Positions 11,393 to 23,394 of a DNA stretch of 64,000 nt are shown here, in pieces. Every line of letters starts with the position of its first letter. Position 1 is the stretch's first letter. The notes below the pieces were generated by a model that was given only the letters and a program-made list of their open reading frames with translations, ran no database searches and was not told the origin of the DNA. Location: assembly GCA_951406725.2 (NCBI GenBank), contig OX597814.1:202554001-202618000 (forward strand). Reading direction: 5' to 3'. The translations under genes were made by a program, and so were the position numbers. Origin of the DNA: Octopus vulgaris. Taxonomy: Eukaryota.

Positions 11393-11680
11393 AGAATGTA
11401 AGGAGCTTAATTCACTGATGACCTAAACAAATAGGTACACCGAGTAAGTACTATAAGTGGTCAGCCATTCCTCAAGTCATTTATAATAATTTAATTAGAG
11501 TAAAATTAATTTGAAGTCTTACAGCTGTTTCTGGGGTATCCCAGATGATAGGCTAGCATGTTCATACATTGGGTATTCCATCATCAGAGACAAGTTGAGT
11601 ATATTTTAAAAAGTTCTAGATAGGGAAATGGGAAATTCACAGTTTATAAAATGTTGTCTAGATCAATAACTGCATCTATA
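11390..11680 (-). mobile_element. Hammerhead-bearing repeat (Penelope pseudo-LTR-like); boundaries approximate
   Basis: Carries the canonical hammerhead at 11516-11591; its minus-strand 3' end runs into the (TA)n tract. Confidence 0.55.
11516..11591 (-). ncRNA. Type I hammerhead ribozyme, canonical core
   Basis: Minus strand reads GUCU-CUGAUGA-UGGAAUACCCA...UGGGAUACCCCA-GAAA-C-AGCU-G-UA-AGAC: stem I GUCU/AGAC, intact CUGAUGA and GAAA boxes, imperfect long stem II, palindromic stem III, GUA cleavage triplet (cut between 11520 and 11519). Confidence 0.8.
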
Positions 11681-11709
11681 ACACAGCAGCAGTAGTAGTA
11701 ATAACAATA

Positions 11710-12140
11710 ATCCTTTCTACTATAGGTACAAGGCCTGATATTTTGCGGGAGGGGAATAGTTGAGTATATCAACCCCAGTGTTCAACTGGTACTTATTTTA
11801 TCGAGCCCAAAAGGAAGAACAGTAAAGTCAACCTCAACAGAATGTAAAAAGAGATGAAATGCCTTTAAGAATTTCATCTGGTGTGCTAACAATTCTGCCA
11901 GCTCGCTGCCAATGGTTTCAAATTTTAGTGCAAGATTTGCAATAATATGTTTGGGAGAAGTGAGTTAGATAATTACTTCAAACCCCAGTTCTTGATTGTT
12001 ACATAATTCCCTAACCCTAACCCAATTCTCTAACCCTAACCCTGAAAAGTAACGTTTACTTTGGTTGGATTTTAAAGTAAGACCTGGAAGAAATGCTGTT
12101 AAGCATTTTATAAAACATACTAATGATTTTGCCATCTTGC
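11710..12140 (-). mobile_element. Two tandem SINE family B copies; the second is diverged and contains CCCTAA repeats
   Basis: Family B body at 11710-11910 and a decayed copy at 11912-12140. Confidence 0.7.
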
Positions 12141-12203
12141 ACCTCAAAGACAATAATTACATTCTGCTATTGAATATATTAGCTAGAACTAGCTGTTCAT
12201 AAC

Positions 12204-12900
12204 ACACAATGTGCATTACCCTAAAAGTAATACTGACAAACTCTACTTAGGAAGAAAAATGCAAGAAGAATGTTAAATGCAAAAGACAGTGTTAGTACTG
12301 GGATATTGGGTTTGGAAAAGCTATGTTGTACACAGTGAAGAAAGACTGCTATCTGCAACTAAAAATATCCAAAAAAGTCTCTGAAACAGTTGGAGAATTC
12401 AAATATAGAAGGAAGAACAATAGGTCAACTAACTAGAAAGAGAAGGAATTACATGGCCAATTTATGCAACAAACCAACGATGTTGGAAGTAAAGGAGTCT
12501 TGTGTCTGATGGATGGAAACCTGAAGTGAAAAACTGAATTGTTGATTATAGATGTTCAGGAACAAGCTGTTAGAAGAAATTTGGTGGAAGTCAAAGATTG
12601 ATAGAACTTGGAGGGCAAATGGGAAAGGAGACAAAAGTATGAACACTCACCTAAGTGAATGCAAAAGCTAGCACAAAACAATTATAGAGGCATGATTGTA
12701 TCTGTAAACGAGTGCATTGGGATTTTAGATGATGTATTGGTTCCAAGTAACAGAAAAACGTTATGAACATGAGCCAGAGGCTGCAATGGTGAAATCACAG
12801 GATTTTATGGGATTTCTCCATCAAGATGAACTATTGAAGCAAGGAGACCAGATATGATTGTAGATGACAAAAGAAATATTTTATGATACTGATAATCTAT
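12204..12900 (+). mobile_element. Decayed R4/Dong-like (restriction-like endonuclease) non-LTR retrotransposon, C-terminal region
   Basis: Frameshifted motifs in the expected order: HYPKSNTDKLYLGRK, YVVHSEERLLSA, LHGQFMQQTNDVGSK, RHDCICKRVHWD, ILWDFSI, IEARRPDMIVDDKRN (PD endonuclease motif). Confidence 0.85.
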
Positions 12901-13854
12901 TTTAAAATGGTAGGGTTAGAAATGAAGACTTGGCTACTATTTCTAGCAGGTCAAGTGGCTGTGTGGAAGTTCCCCTATTGGCTTGTTAAAGCTAAGTTGT
13001 TTTCATTAACCCAAAGCACGCTAAGAAGTATTGATTAATATAAATCTCTGTACATTTATATTTAACATGTTTGTGTGCACTCAAACATGGAAAGACCTTT
13101 ATTGTAGTAACTGTCAAAGAAGAGAAATTCATTTTGTAGATAATGCAAGTGAAAATATCCTGAGCTGGTCTATGACATCATCAGATTGTAGAATGCTTGT
13201 TTCTGCATTGTTGTGTTTCATAAACCACAAACACTAAATCTGTTCATAGCCCGCTAAGATCTACCATTATTATTATATAAATCATAAATTTGCTGGTGTG
13301 TGCAAAGCTTTGTCAAGCTGGTGTTGCTAATTGAGAACAGCAACTTTTTAGAAGGGAGTTGAATCCTAAAATTGAATTTCCCTTTATTTTGCTAATAGCT
13401 ACTTTTAACATATTTTTATTGCTGTTGTTAAATCAATATCACTGTGTTTCTGTTTTTGTTGTTGTTGTTTGGGTCGATTAGTTAAAGCTGTGTTTCATAT
13501 TATTAATTTGATCCCCATGGCTTTTTCACGAAGCTCCTCTATTTGTTCATGATCTCTCTTTTGCTGGGCTTTTATTTTTTTTCATTGTTTGGTGGAAATA
13601 TAAGTGATTGCCCTGCAGCCTTAGGAAAAGGTTTAATTAAAAAAAAAAATACAAAAAACGGAAGTGTTGAAATCCAAATGTAAACACCTCTTGACGATAT
13701 AAATTTTATAAAATTCCTTGACTGGAAGTAGCTGCTATTACTGCTAAAATTTTCCTGCAATAATCACGTAAATATCAGTGTTTTCATCAACGTAAGCAAA
13801 TGTCTGTAAGCAATGTTTGTAACTATTGTCAAAAACATCTATTAATGATTAAAT

Positions 13855-14222
13855 AGGCACATGTGTGTGCTAAAAAAGTTACTTCTTAACTACTTGATTC
13901 TGGGTTCAGTCCCACTGCATGACACTCTGGATGTCTCCTGCTATAGTCTTAGGCCAGTCAAGGCATTGTGAGTGGATTTGACAGAAGGAAACTGAAAGAA
14001 GCCCATATACGTGTGTGTGTGTGTCTGTGTTTGTCTTTCACTGCCACTTGACAACCGGTGTTGGTGTGTTTACATCCCTGTAACTTAGCTGTTCTAAAAG
14101 AAACTCATAGAATAAGTACCAGGTTTTAAAAGAGAAGTACTGGGGTCAAATCATTTCACTAAAAATTCTTCAAGGTGTAGCCCCAGCATGACCGTGATCT
14201 CATGTCTGAAACAATAAAAGAT
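13855..14222 (+). mobile_element. SINE family A (diverged, full length)
   Basis: Matches family A head, (TG)n linker and 3' module. Confidence 0.75.
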
Positions 14223-14429
14223 TAGGAATGGATGAGTGTTGGTATGTCTACAAATGCATGTGTATACAGCACACATCGTCTTTACCATTACCACCACATC
14301 TGCTTTTCCAGGCTGGCATGGGGTTTTGAGACTAATTTACTTTCAGATGCCTTTTCCTGAGGCTGACACTTTCAGTTACTTCTTACAAAATATGGACACA
14401 CACACATATATCTAGGTGATGTTTATTCA

Positions 14430-14730
14430 TGTGCCTCAGTAAAAGGCTCCACCACCTTCCCCTGGTGCATCCTCTTGAATAATTTGTGAGTGAACAAGAG
14501 AAAAGAAAGGTTGAAGGATTTCTTTAGTCCTGCCTCACCAAGGATTAGAAAACCTCTCTGGTGCTGGTGCCTTGACAAAATGCACTCTGGAAGCATTGTA
14601 AAATGCTTGGCAAACATGCACAGAAAACAGGGTTGAATGGGTCTTTTAATTTTGTCTTAAAGAAGACCTGAGAACTCCCCTTGTGCTCGTGCCTTAACAA
14701 AATGCACCCAGTATTTTCCATTAGGTGGTC
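14430..14730. repeat. Diverged direct repeat, copy 1
   Basis: Aligns by eye along its length to 16105-16403 (cagtaaaaggctccac...aaaatgcacccagtattttccattaggtg). Confidence 0.85.
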
Positions 14731-16104
14731 ATATATAAATAATTGGTATATGTATGTCCTGGTATACATATATTTTGGTGTTCCGACAAGATTATGCTCT
14801 GCTTCTGCAATGTTTGTGGGTGTTTGTATATGTATGTGTGCATGCATTTATATGTGTGTGTGCATGGATGTATGCTTGTTTAAGTGTATGTGTCTCCTTG
14901 TTTTGACATCAGGGAATAGCTTTGCCATCAAACAAATAGTGTCTCTTGTTTCTAGTCTTCAGTGAAAACCTGTCCAGCCACAGGAAAAAAATATCTTGCT
15001 TAGAAACAGGTGAAGTTTGGTGACAGGAAAGGCATCTGGCCATAGAAAAGTCTGCCTTGGTGAGTTACATCTGATCTGCTCAAGCATAGAAAAGTAGATG
15101 TTAAGCCAATACTTTTAGTCTGATTTTGTTGAGGTTATTCTGATTTGTGGTTTGCATTGTAATAAAACATTTACGGAACCGACATAGATTAGTTTAAATG
15201 TAGCATTGCTGAGTATGAAAATCTTGTGTCCTTTGAAAATTCTCTTAGTGGGCATTTTAGCAAAAATCTGAAAATCTCATTTGTTCCTATGCTTCTTTTT
15301 GAAGCTAATAAAATTTGACATGTGTAACTACTAAGCTATTCTATCTCTCCACTTCCTAATAGAAATACTGCTTCATTTGTCAAAATAAGCTATATTACGA
15401 AATAATAGAATTGTCATTCAAATAATAGGAACAGCTGCCTCAATTTTACCTGTAAAATAGATATGTATGTTTGCAGTTAGCTTCTAAAACTTAGCAGCTA
15501 GAATATAACACTTTTATTATACATGCTTTAAAAAAGAAAAGATCTCTATTATGTAAATGTTTGCTTTTAAATAGCGATTCGGATTGTCTTTTACTGTTTT
15601 TTATTCTGGTAGATATATGAAATTTAATTAGATTGCATGTTAATTACTGCTAGCATCCAATATAAACTTATGGTGCATTCTTATCATTCTACTTTGCAAT
15701 GGTTTCTCATCCTTAGTTATTTTGTCAGATTTTAAAATTATATCAAGATAAGGATGACATGTGTTTTTAATTAAATCATTACTGCTTTCGAAGCTGTATA
15801 TCAGCTAAATATGCATTGTTTAATAAACGCAGCTTTTCTTAACTATCAAATTATTTCTTACAATGTTAAATGAAAAAAGAAGTAAAATTGACAGCTAAGC
15901 TCATAAACTACGAGGAAAGCTCCTCCCTGAGTTAATTATTTGAGCTGTATTTACTGGAGTATCAAATGATATTGTTAATTAATAGAAACAAAGTAAACAA
16001 CTAATATATTGCACATACGTGTGTGTTATTAACGAATATATTACTTACAGGATCCGTGAATACTCTTGACTCTTAGCAGTGTACAAGGCGACCCCTTTTT
16101 GTGT

Positions 16105-16403
16105 TGGTGCCACAGTAAAAGGCTCCACTCCTTTCACCTGGTGCACCCTCTTGAGTAATTTTTGAGTGAACAAAAGGAAAGTAAGGTTGGAGGATTTCTT
16201 TAGTCCTGCCTCACCAAAGATTGGAAAACCCCTCTGGTGCTGGTGCCTTGACAAAATGCATTCTGGAAACATTCTAAAATGGTTGGCAAACAAGCACAGA
16301 AAATAAGGTTGAAGGGATCTTTTAATTTTATCTTAAAGAAGACATGACAACTCCCCTAGTGCTGGTTCCTTGATAAAATGCACCCAGTATTTTCCATTAG
16401 GTG
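16105..16403. repeat. Diverged direct repeat, copy 2
   Basis: See 14430-14730; the ORFs 14423-14617 and 16045-16293 are correspondingly similar. Confidence 0.85.
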
Positions 16404-17070
16404 ATTGACAATAAAGAGGAAAGGCATCTAATGAGAAACAAAGGCAAAATGAAAAGTACAAATACCAGGCTAAGAGAATAGTGTCTCTCAGTAAGAACTG
16501 TCTCAGACTGCGATGGGAGACATAAGATGATGATGATGATGATGGAGGTGATAGTGATGATGATGACTCACAATACTGCAGTATTGTATCTGTAAATTTA
16601 TGTACCAATCGGAGCAATATAATATTACCCTTTTGAAGAGATACTTAATCTCTTTCTGGCAGAATTAACGATTAGTCATATATTTTCTCACCATTAGTCT
16701 TTAAGAAATTCCTACAAGTGGCTTGTAATTATTTCAAACTGTCTTGGTCATTTCAATGAATAAGAAAAGGATTGATTGAAAAATCGTAGAACCCAAGGGT
16801 TTTTCTGAGATTTTATTCTTTTAAGTTGAAAATGATCAATGCTTGTATGATGGTGTTGCTTGTTGACAATAATTGTATGATGTTAAAAAAAAAACAAAGG
16901 TATACTCAGACACACACAAACTTCTTTCAGTTTCTATCTGCTTTATCCATCCACAAAGCTTTAGAAAGACATTTGCCCAATGTGCCAAGGATTAGGGCCA
17001 TACCAGGAAAAAACTTCTTAAACACACAGCACCATGCCTGCACCTAACCATATATATATGTGTGTGTGTG

Positions 17071-17469
17071 GACAAGAGTGGCTGTGTGGTAAGTAGCTTG
17101 CTTACCAACCACATGGTTCCGGGTTCAGTCTCACTGCGTGACATCTTGGGCAAAGTGTCTTCTGCTATAGCCTCGGGCCGACCAATGCCTTGTGAGTGGA
17201 TTTGGTAGACTGAAACTGAAAGAAGCTTGTCGTATATATATATATATATATGTGTGTGTATATGTTTGTGTGTCTGTGTTTGTCCCCCTAGCATTGCTTG
17301 ACAACCGATGCTGGTGTGTTACGTCCCCGTCACCTAGCAGTTCTGCAAAAGAGACCGATAGAATAAGTACTAGGCTTACAAAGAATAAGTCCCAGGGTCA
17401 ATTTGCTCGACTAAAGGCGGTGCTCCAGCATGACCGCAGTCAAATGACTGAAACAAGTAAAAGAGTAAA
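17071..17469 (+). mobile_element. tRNA-derived SINE, family A, full length
   Basis: gagtggctgtgtggtaag (A box)...gggttcagtc (B box)...cttgggcaa-gtg central domain, (TA)(TG) linker, 3' module ending aaacaagtaaaagagtaa. Confidence 0.9.
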
Positions 17470-18467
17470 CTATTGATCTACCTGAGGCTATGGCAGACAA
17501 AATTTACTCTTGTGCAAAGTGCCACACTGTGGAATCAAACCCAGAACAACCATGTGGTTGCACAGCAAACATCTTAACCACGCAGCTATTCACTCTTGAG
17601 AGTTCCTTCCCTCCATATGAAAACAGAACCAACCAAGAAAAATAAAAAAAGAAAATTAATGTATGTCTACCAATACATAATGTCAGGCTGAATGATAAAA
17701 AAAAAACAAGAACTGTCCTGAATGATGCATTTCTATATAGTTTTGTATTGCATTCTATATTCCATATGATTTCTTCTTTATCATGGAAAATGCTTTATGC
17801 TTAATTAACCTATTACTTTAGAATATATTCTCCCATTGCAACTGGGATTATATAAGACTGCTTAACTTACCTCTTGAATATTTTCCATATTTCTTTAGCT
17901 TTTTTTATGTTAGCTCTTCTTAAAGGTAAATATTTTTATGCTGGCATAGATTGAACGTTCAACATAATGTGAATTTCTTGCTACTTGATTTCCAGTGGGG
18001 GTATCTCCCCTCTTTCTTTCTTTTTTTATTTTTGTTTGTTTGTTTGTTTGTTAATGCAAACCACTTATCTGTAAAGTTGAAACAGGAACAAGCATCAAAG
18101 TTCATACTACTTATTTAGGAATCAAACGTTGGGTTCAATAGTTAGAAGTAATTTTCTGAAATATAGACTCAGATATTTAGTGTCACTTAAGTATCAGAAT
18201 CAGTTCCCAGTTCTCCATTGCTTATCTTATTAGCTTGTTAGGCAGAGTGATTGAGACTCCACATATCTTCTTAATTGATCAAATTTGTGTAGTATTGATC
18301 AGTCATTAAGTCTTCAAAGCAAATAAATTTTGGAGCTGCTGCACTGCGTAACAATACTGTGGTCTTTTGGGTTTACAGTCTTATTTTTTCTCATCACAGT
18401 GGACCTTAGGGTTTACACCCACATCCTTAAAACATGGATAACTTTAAAAAGATTCATTCAGCATTGT

Positions 18468-18604
18468 CAGCCATGGCTGTGTGGTAAGAAGCTTGCTTCC
18501 CAGCCATATGGTTCTGGGTTCAGTCTCACTGTGTGCCACCTACAGCAAGTGTCTTCTACAAAATCCTTGGGCCAGTAGATGGAAACTGAAAGAAGCTCAT
18601 CATA

Positions 18605-18651
<47 letters not shown>

Positions 18652-18848
18652 GTGTCTAAGCTTGTCCCCCGCTTGGCAACTGATGTTGGTGAGTTTACGT
18701 TCCTGTGACTTAGCAGTTTGGCGACAAAGACCAATAGAATAGGTACTAAGCTTACAGAGAATAAATCCTGGAGTTGATTTGTTCAACTAAAGGCAGTGCT
18801 CCAGCATGGCCGCAGTCAAATGACTGAAACAAGTAAAGGAATAAAAGG
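18468..18848 (+). mobile_element. SINE family A
   Basis: Same structure as 17071-17469 with a small internal deletion. Confidence 0.85.
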
Positions 18849-19179
18849 ATAGTCTTTTACTTGAAAATGTCAAAGAAACACAACTGCTTCCCCTTACTTC
18901 ACTGATATTTTGTTCTCTTGCCTTCAGTCATATGAAGGTCAAAGTTGACCTTAGCAGGATTTGAATACAGAACAAAAGGGGTCAAAATTAAGTACTGTAA
19001 AATATTTTGTCCAGCACTGCAGATGTTCTACCATTGTATTACCTCCTTGCATTATAGGCTTACTGTTATGATGTACAAGGATCCCCCACATTGTGGAAGC
19101 ATTGCTTTCCTGAAAAAATCTTGCTTGGAATTCTCTTACACAATTTCAACATGCATTTTGTTACACCAAACCTCCTCCT

Positions 19180-19327
19180 CATCATCATCGTTTAACGTCC
19201 GTTTTCCGCACTAGCACGGGTTGGACGCTTCGACCAGGGTCTGGGAAGCCAGGAGGCTGCACCAGGCTCCAGTCTGATCTGGCAGTGTTTCTACAGCTGG
19301 ATGCCCTTCCTAACGCCAACCACTCCT
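19180..19327 (-). mobile_element. Family C retroposon, 3' part
   Basis: catcatcgtttaacgtccgttttcc...ctacagctggatgcccttcctaacgccaaccactcc. Confidence 0.85.
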
Positions 19328-20731
19328 AGATTTTATGCAGAAGTCCATGAATGTAGAAATCAGCAGAACAATAGGAGACTGCAGTTCATATTACTAAATC
19401 TCATCTTAGACCAATATTTTGGGATTTGCAACATCCATTTCATCATTTGTTTTACATTTGTTTTTGCATGGTAGCATGGGTTAGACAAATACTGACTTGA
19501 AGCATCAGAGGCAAGGTGGCTATGGCTTGAATTTTGTTAGATCTCTTATTGTTAAAGCTGGCCTGAAACAAAATGGCCTGGACAAAAACACTGTAAGTCA
19601 CATCTTTGACTCGTCAAGGATGGCTTTGGCCTCTTAAGACAAGGGGCCAAGACTAGAACCACTGCAGAGGTATCAACTGTAGCAATTGAATGGCTTTCAG
19701 TTACTGGACTTTCTAATTTAACCAAAATTTATTCACTATCTCTTTGAAATGAATTTTGATGTATTTACTGCAGAATAACAGAAAACCACTGCATATAAGA
19801 TTTATAATGACAAGATTTATGATAATGCGATTTATGGTGAATAAAAAAAAAAAAACGGTTATTTTGCAAACAATAGATTATATTATTAAATAGTTTAAAA
19901 AATTCTTTTTACCCAAAGAAATTGTATGAAATGCTTTAAACTGATTATAAAGATATTTAATGCAGTTTTACTTTAAATATTAGTCATATATAGCTTGTAC
20001 ATGATGCATAATACCTATTTTTCAATTGATATTTTTTCCTTTTGTTGTTCAAATGAATAACTCTTCATGGTATGTGAACTTGCACAAGCTTTACCAATTT
20101 GGAATGTAACTAAACCAGACTTCTAAAGTGTTTTACATGGTTTCTTTGAGAGAGAGAGATGAATGAATGAATTGTATTGTTTAGAGTATGACATCCAAGA
20201 TGATTGTTTTGAATTGATTTATTGAATTCTCCTGCTAAATCTCAAAACGAATCAATATTTTTGTTTTTGTATTTTATTCTAAACTGTATTTTCAAAATAT
20301 AGTTTCAAAACACTGTGTATGTACGCACATTTGTTCTCTCTCTCACACACGCATGTGCGCACACACACACACATTTCTTAATTTCTTATTACTATACAAA
20401 CATGGTATGTTTTGCTATAATACTGAGGATGTGTGACAGCTGGCCTAGAGAAACACGTGTATGTTATATAAAACTTAAAAATACTAGTTACATTATCTGC
20501 ATTTCTTATGACATGGCTCAAACTCTGCTAAGTAGCTTATCCCTTGATATGATGGTTTTCATACTATGGGAAATAATAGGAATGGAGAGTGGAATTGGTT
20601 ACCAAACCCAAATTACTCGGTAACTTTGTGTGTGTGTGTGTGTTCAAGAAATGAGGCTTTTTATTTTGGATATTGAGTTCAGTAATAAATATGGTGTAGA
20701 ATTTTGAAGTAAAAACAGACATCACAATATT

Positions 20732-20944
20732 CTTTTCTACTCTAGGCACAAGACGCTAAATTTTGGGGGAGGGGCCCAGTCGATTAGATCAACACCAGTA
20801 TGCAACTGATACTTAATTTATTGACCCTGATAGGTTGAAAGCAAAGTCGACCTTGGTGGAATTTGAACTCAGAACGTAAAGACAGACGAAATACTACTAA
20901 GCATTTCGCCCAGCATGCTAACGTTTCTGCCAGCTCGCTGCCTT
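20732..20944 (-). mobile_element. SINE family B with target-site duplication
   Basis: Full head-to-tail copy flanked by agacatcacaatatt (20717-20731) and agacatcccaatatt (20945-20959). Confidence 0.9.
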
Positions 20945-21689
20945 AGACATCCCAATATTTGAAGTTTCATTATAGAGTTTCATGTTTGTACCTCTTCAAT
21001 TCCTTCATTTTGAAGTTTTGTACATCTTTACAAATTTGTAACAATTCAGATGCTGTAAATTTGAAAATTTCACTTTAAAGATTTTTAGTGAATGTAACAC
21101 CACCCCCACTGCTCTCTCTTTCTCTCACACACTAACACTTACACACACACACACATGTTCACTCAAACAATTACTTTAGTATACAATTTGCAGTTTGAAT
21201 ACTGATTAAAACTCATAATATTCTTTATATCCCACCTCTTTAGAAATGTAAATTTATGCAGTCTACTTCAATCCAATTTGTGTATTTGTTAAATATTTTG
21301 GCTGTCAGAAGCAACTGTAAATGTATCTAACATTATTTTTTGTGTTTTGTGTTGTTGCTGTAAAATCTAAAATTTCTGAAATTTATCTTAAGTTTGATTA
21401 TAGAGTTCATAGAGATTTTAATTATTCATTTTTGTTTATCATTAACCTGTTAAAGCAAGTTTGTTATTTTTAATCATTTATTTATCTATTTTAGCTATTT
21501 TCTTTTATTTTTGTTTGTTTTCCAACCCACTTTTTGCAGAAGACTATTATTGCTTTACTGTTGGGTATATAGAAAGTTTAAAAATATATATTCATTTCTA
21601 TCAGAAAACAAATCTGTTTCTGTTCATAGACCTGATGATCTGATATTTCGTGATACAATAATATGAAATAAAATGTAATTAAAAGAACA

Positions 21690-22073
21690 TGTAGGAGTGG
21701 CTGTGTTGTAAAGAAGCTTGCTTCCCAATTACATGGTTCCGGATTCAGTCCCACTACATGACATCTTGGGCAAGTGTCTTCTACTATAGCCTTGGGCTGA
21801 CTAAAGCCTTGTGAGTGGATTTGGTAGACAGAAACTGAAAGAAGCCTGTCGTATATATATATATATATATGTGTGTGTTTGTGCTTGTCTTAGCATTGCT
21901 TGACAACCGATACTGGTGGGTTTACGTCCCCGTAACTTAGCGGTTCGGCAAAAGAGACCGATAGAATAAGTACTGGGCTTACAAAGAATAAGTCCCGGGT
22001 CGATTTGCTCGACTAAAGACGGTGCTCCAGCATGGCCGCAGTCAAATGACTGAAACAAGTAAAAGAGTAAAGA
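21690..22073 (+). mobile_element. SINE family A, full length
   Basis: Matches family A consensus. Confidence 0.9.
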
Positions 22074-22086
22074 ATATGTATATACA

Positions 22087-22958
22087 CTAGCCGTTGTACC
22101 CAGCATTGCTCAGGTTTTCTGTGTTAAGGATAAACCTATGCCATTGTAACTGTTGCTTGATGAAATTTCTTTCTGAATCTTAAGGATGACGTCATGTTCG
22201 AAGTACTTTAGTTTAGCAGAAGTACCCGATAATTCCCAGGTTGATTGGAATATAGCTCAATTGCACGCAAAATGTCTATTAGTTTTATAATATTCCCCAG
22301 CTCATGTGCAATTATCGATTTTTTTTTTTTTTGTCAACTCTGCATGCTGCATTCAACTTATGGACCTGAACTGTAATCACATGTAACATATCTTAAAAAT
22401 CGATAGAATAGCCTCTGAAAAAATCTGGTACATGCTTGTGCCCTTCTGATTCCTCTGAAGTTAAATTAAAACCTTTACCGTCTCTCCTGCCACAAAATTT
22501 ACCTAAATCTCAAATTTCATTAAAATCGGATGAAAAATATAAAAGTTATGGCCAAAAATAAAATCTCTATGGGTATTTGCACGCAAAAGCCTATTGATTT
22601 TATAAAACCACTGCTGAGGCGCAATTATTGATTTTTTGTCAACACCATATACTGACATCGACTCACTGCCATGAGCCTTGCTCACTCATCGATTTTCATC
22701 AAAATTGGACAAAAAATGCAAAAGCTGCAGGAGAAATGACATCCTTATGGGAATTTCCATTCAAATGCCCAATTGAGCTCACAAGAATTGATGCCAACTG
22801 AGCATTATTAAATTTTTGAAAAATTATGGCCTTGTTTGAACTTCATGGCATGTGATCTGCCTATGTGCCAAAAATCATTAAAATCGGTTGGGCGGTATGG
22901 GAGGAGTTAGAGTAACCCCAAACACACAGACAGAGAGACACCATTATACATTTATAGA
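22087..22958 (-). mobile_element. Non-autonomous Helitron
   Basis: Minus strand begins A|TCTATAAA and ends in subterminal hairpin cctgagcaatgctgggt then CTAG|T; no TSD; internal aaaatcgg repeats as in the other Helitron copies. Confidence 0.75.
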
Positions 22959-23394
22959 TTGGAGCCTAGTGCAGCCATCTGGTTCGCCAGTCCTCAATCA
23001 AATCGTCCAACCCATGCCAGCATGGAAAGCAGACGTTAAACAATAACGATGATGATGTATATATTTGTATGTATCTGTTTTTGTATCCCCTCCATCACTT
23101 GACAACTGATGTTGGTGTGCTTATGTCCCCGTAACTTAGTGGTTCGACAAAAGTGGCCAACAGAATAAGTACTAGGCTTACAAAGAATAAATCTTGGGGT
23201 CGATTTGTTCAACTAAAAGCAGTGCTCCAGTATGGCCGCAATCAAGTGACTGAAATAAGTAAAAGGATAAAAGAATAATAGGATTGTCGACATTAAGAAT
23301 GTCTAGTTTCAAGCCTTCCTGTGACTAAACATCTGGTATAAGAACAACAGTGTTTATTTCATGATCTGTTGATAACAAATTCTGTTATGATAAT

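Noticed and set aside
11411-11450. CTGATGA followed by a ccta/tagg stem on the plus strand
   Set aside because: Followed by TACAC instead of GAAA and no stem I partner, so not called a hammerhead.
14423-16293. Two similar ORFs (MFAKHF... and MFANHF...) suggesting a paralogous gene pair
   Set aside because: Non-ATG starts, no recognisable domain; the similarity follows from the DNA duplication.
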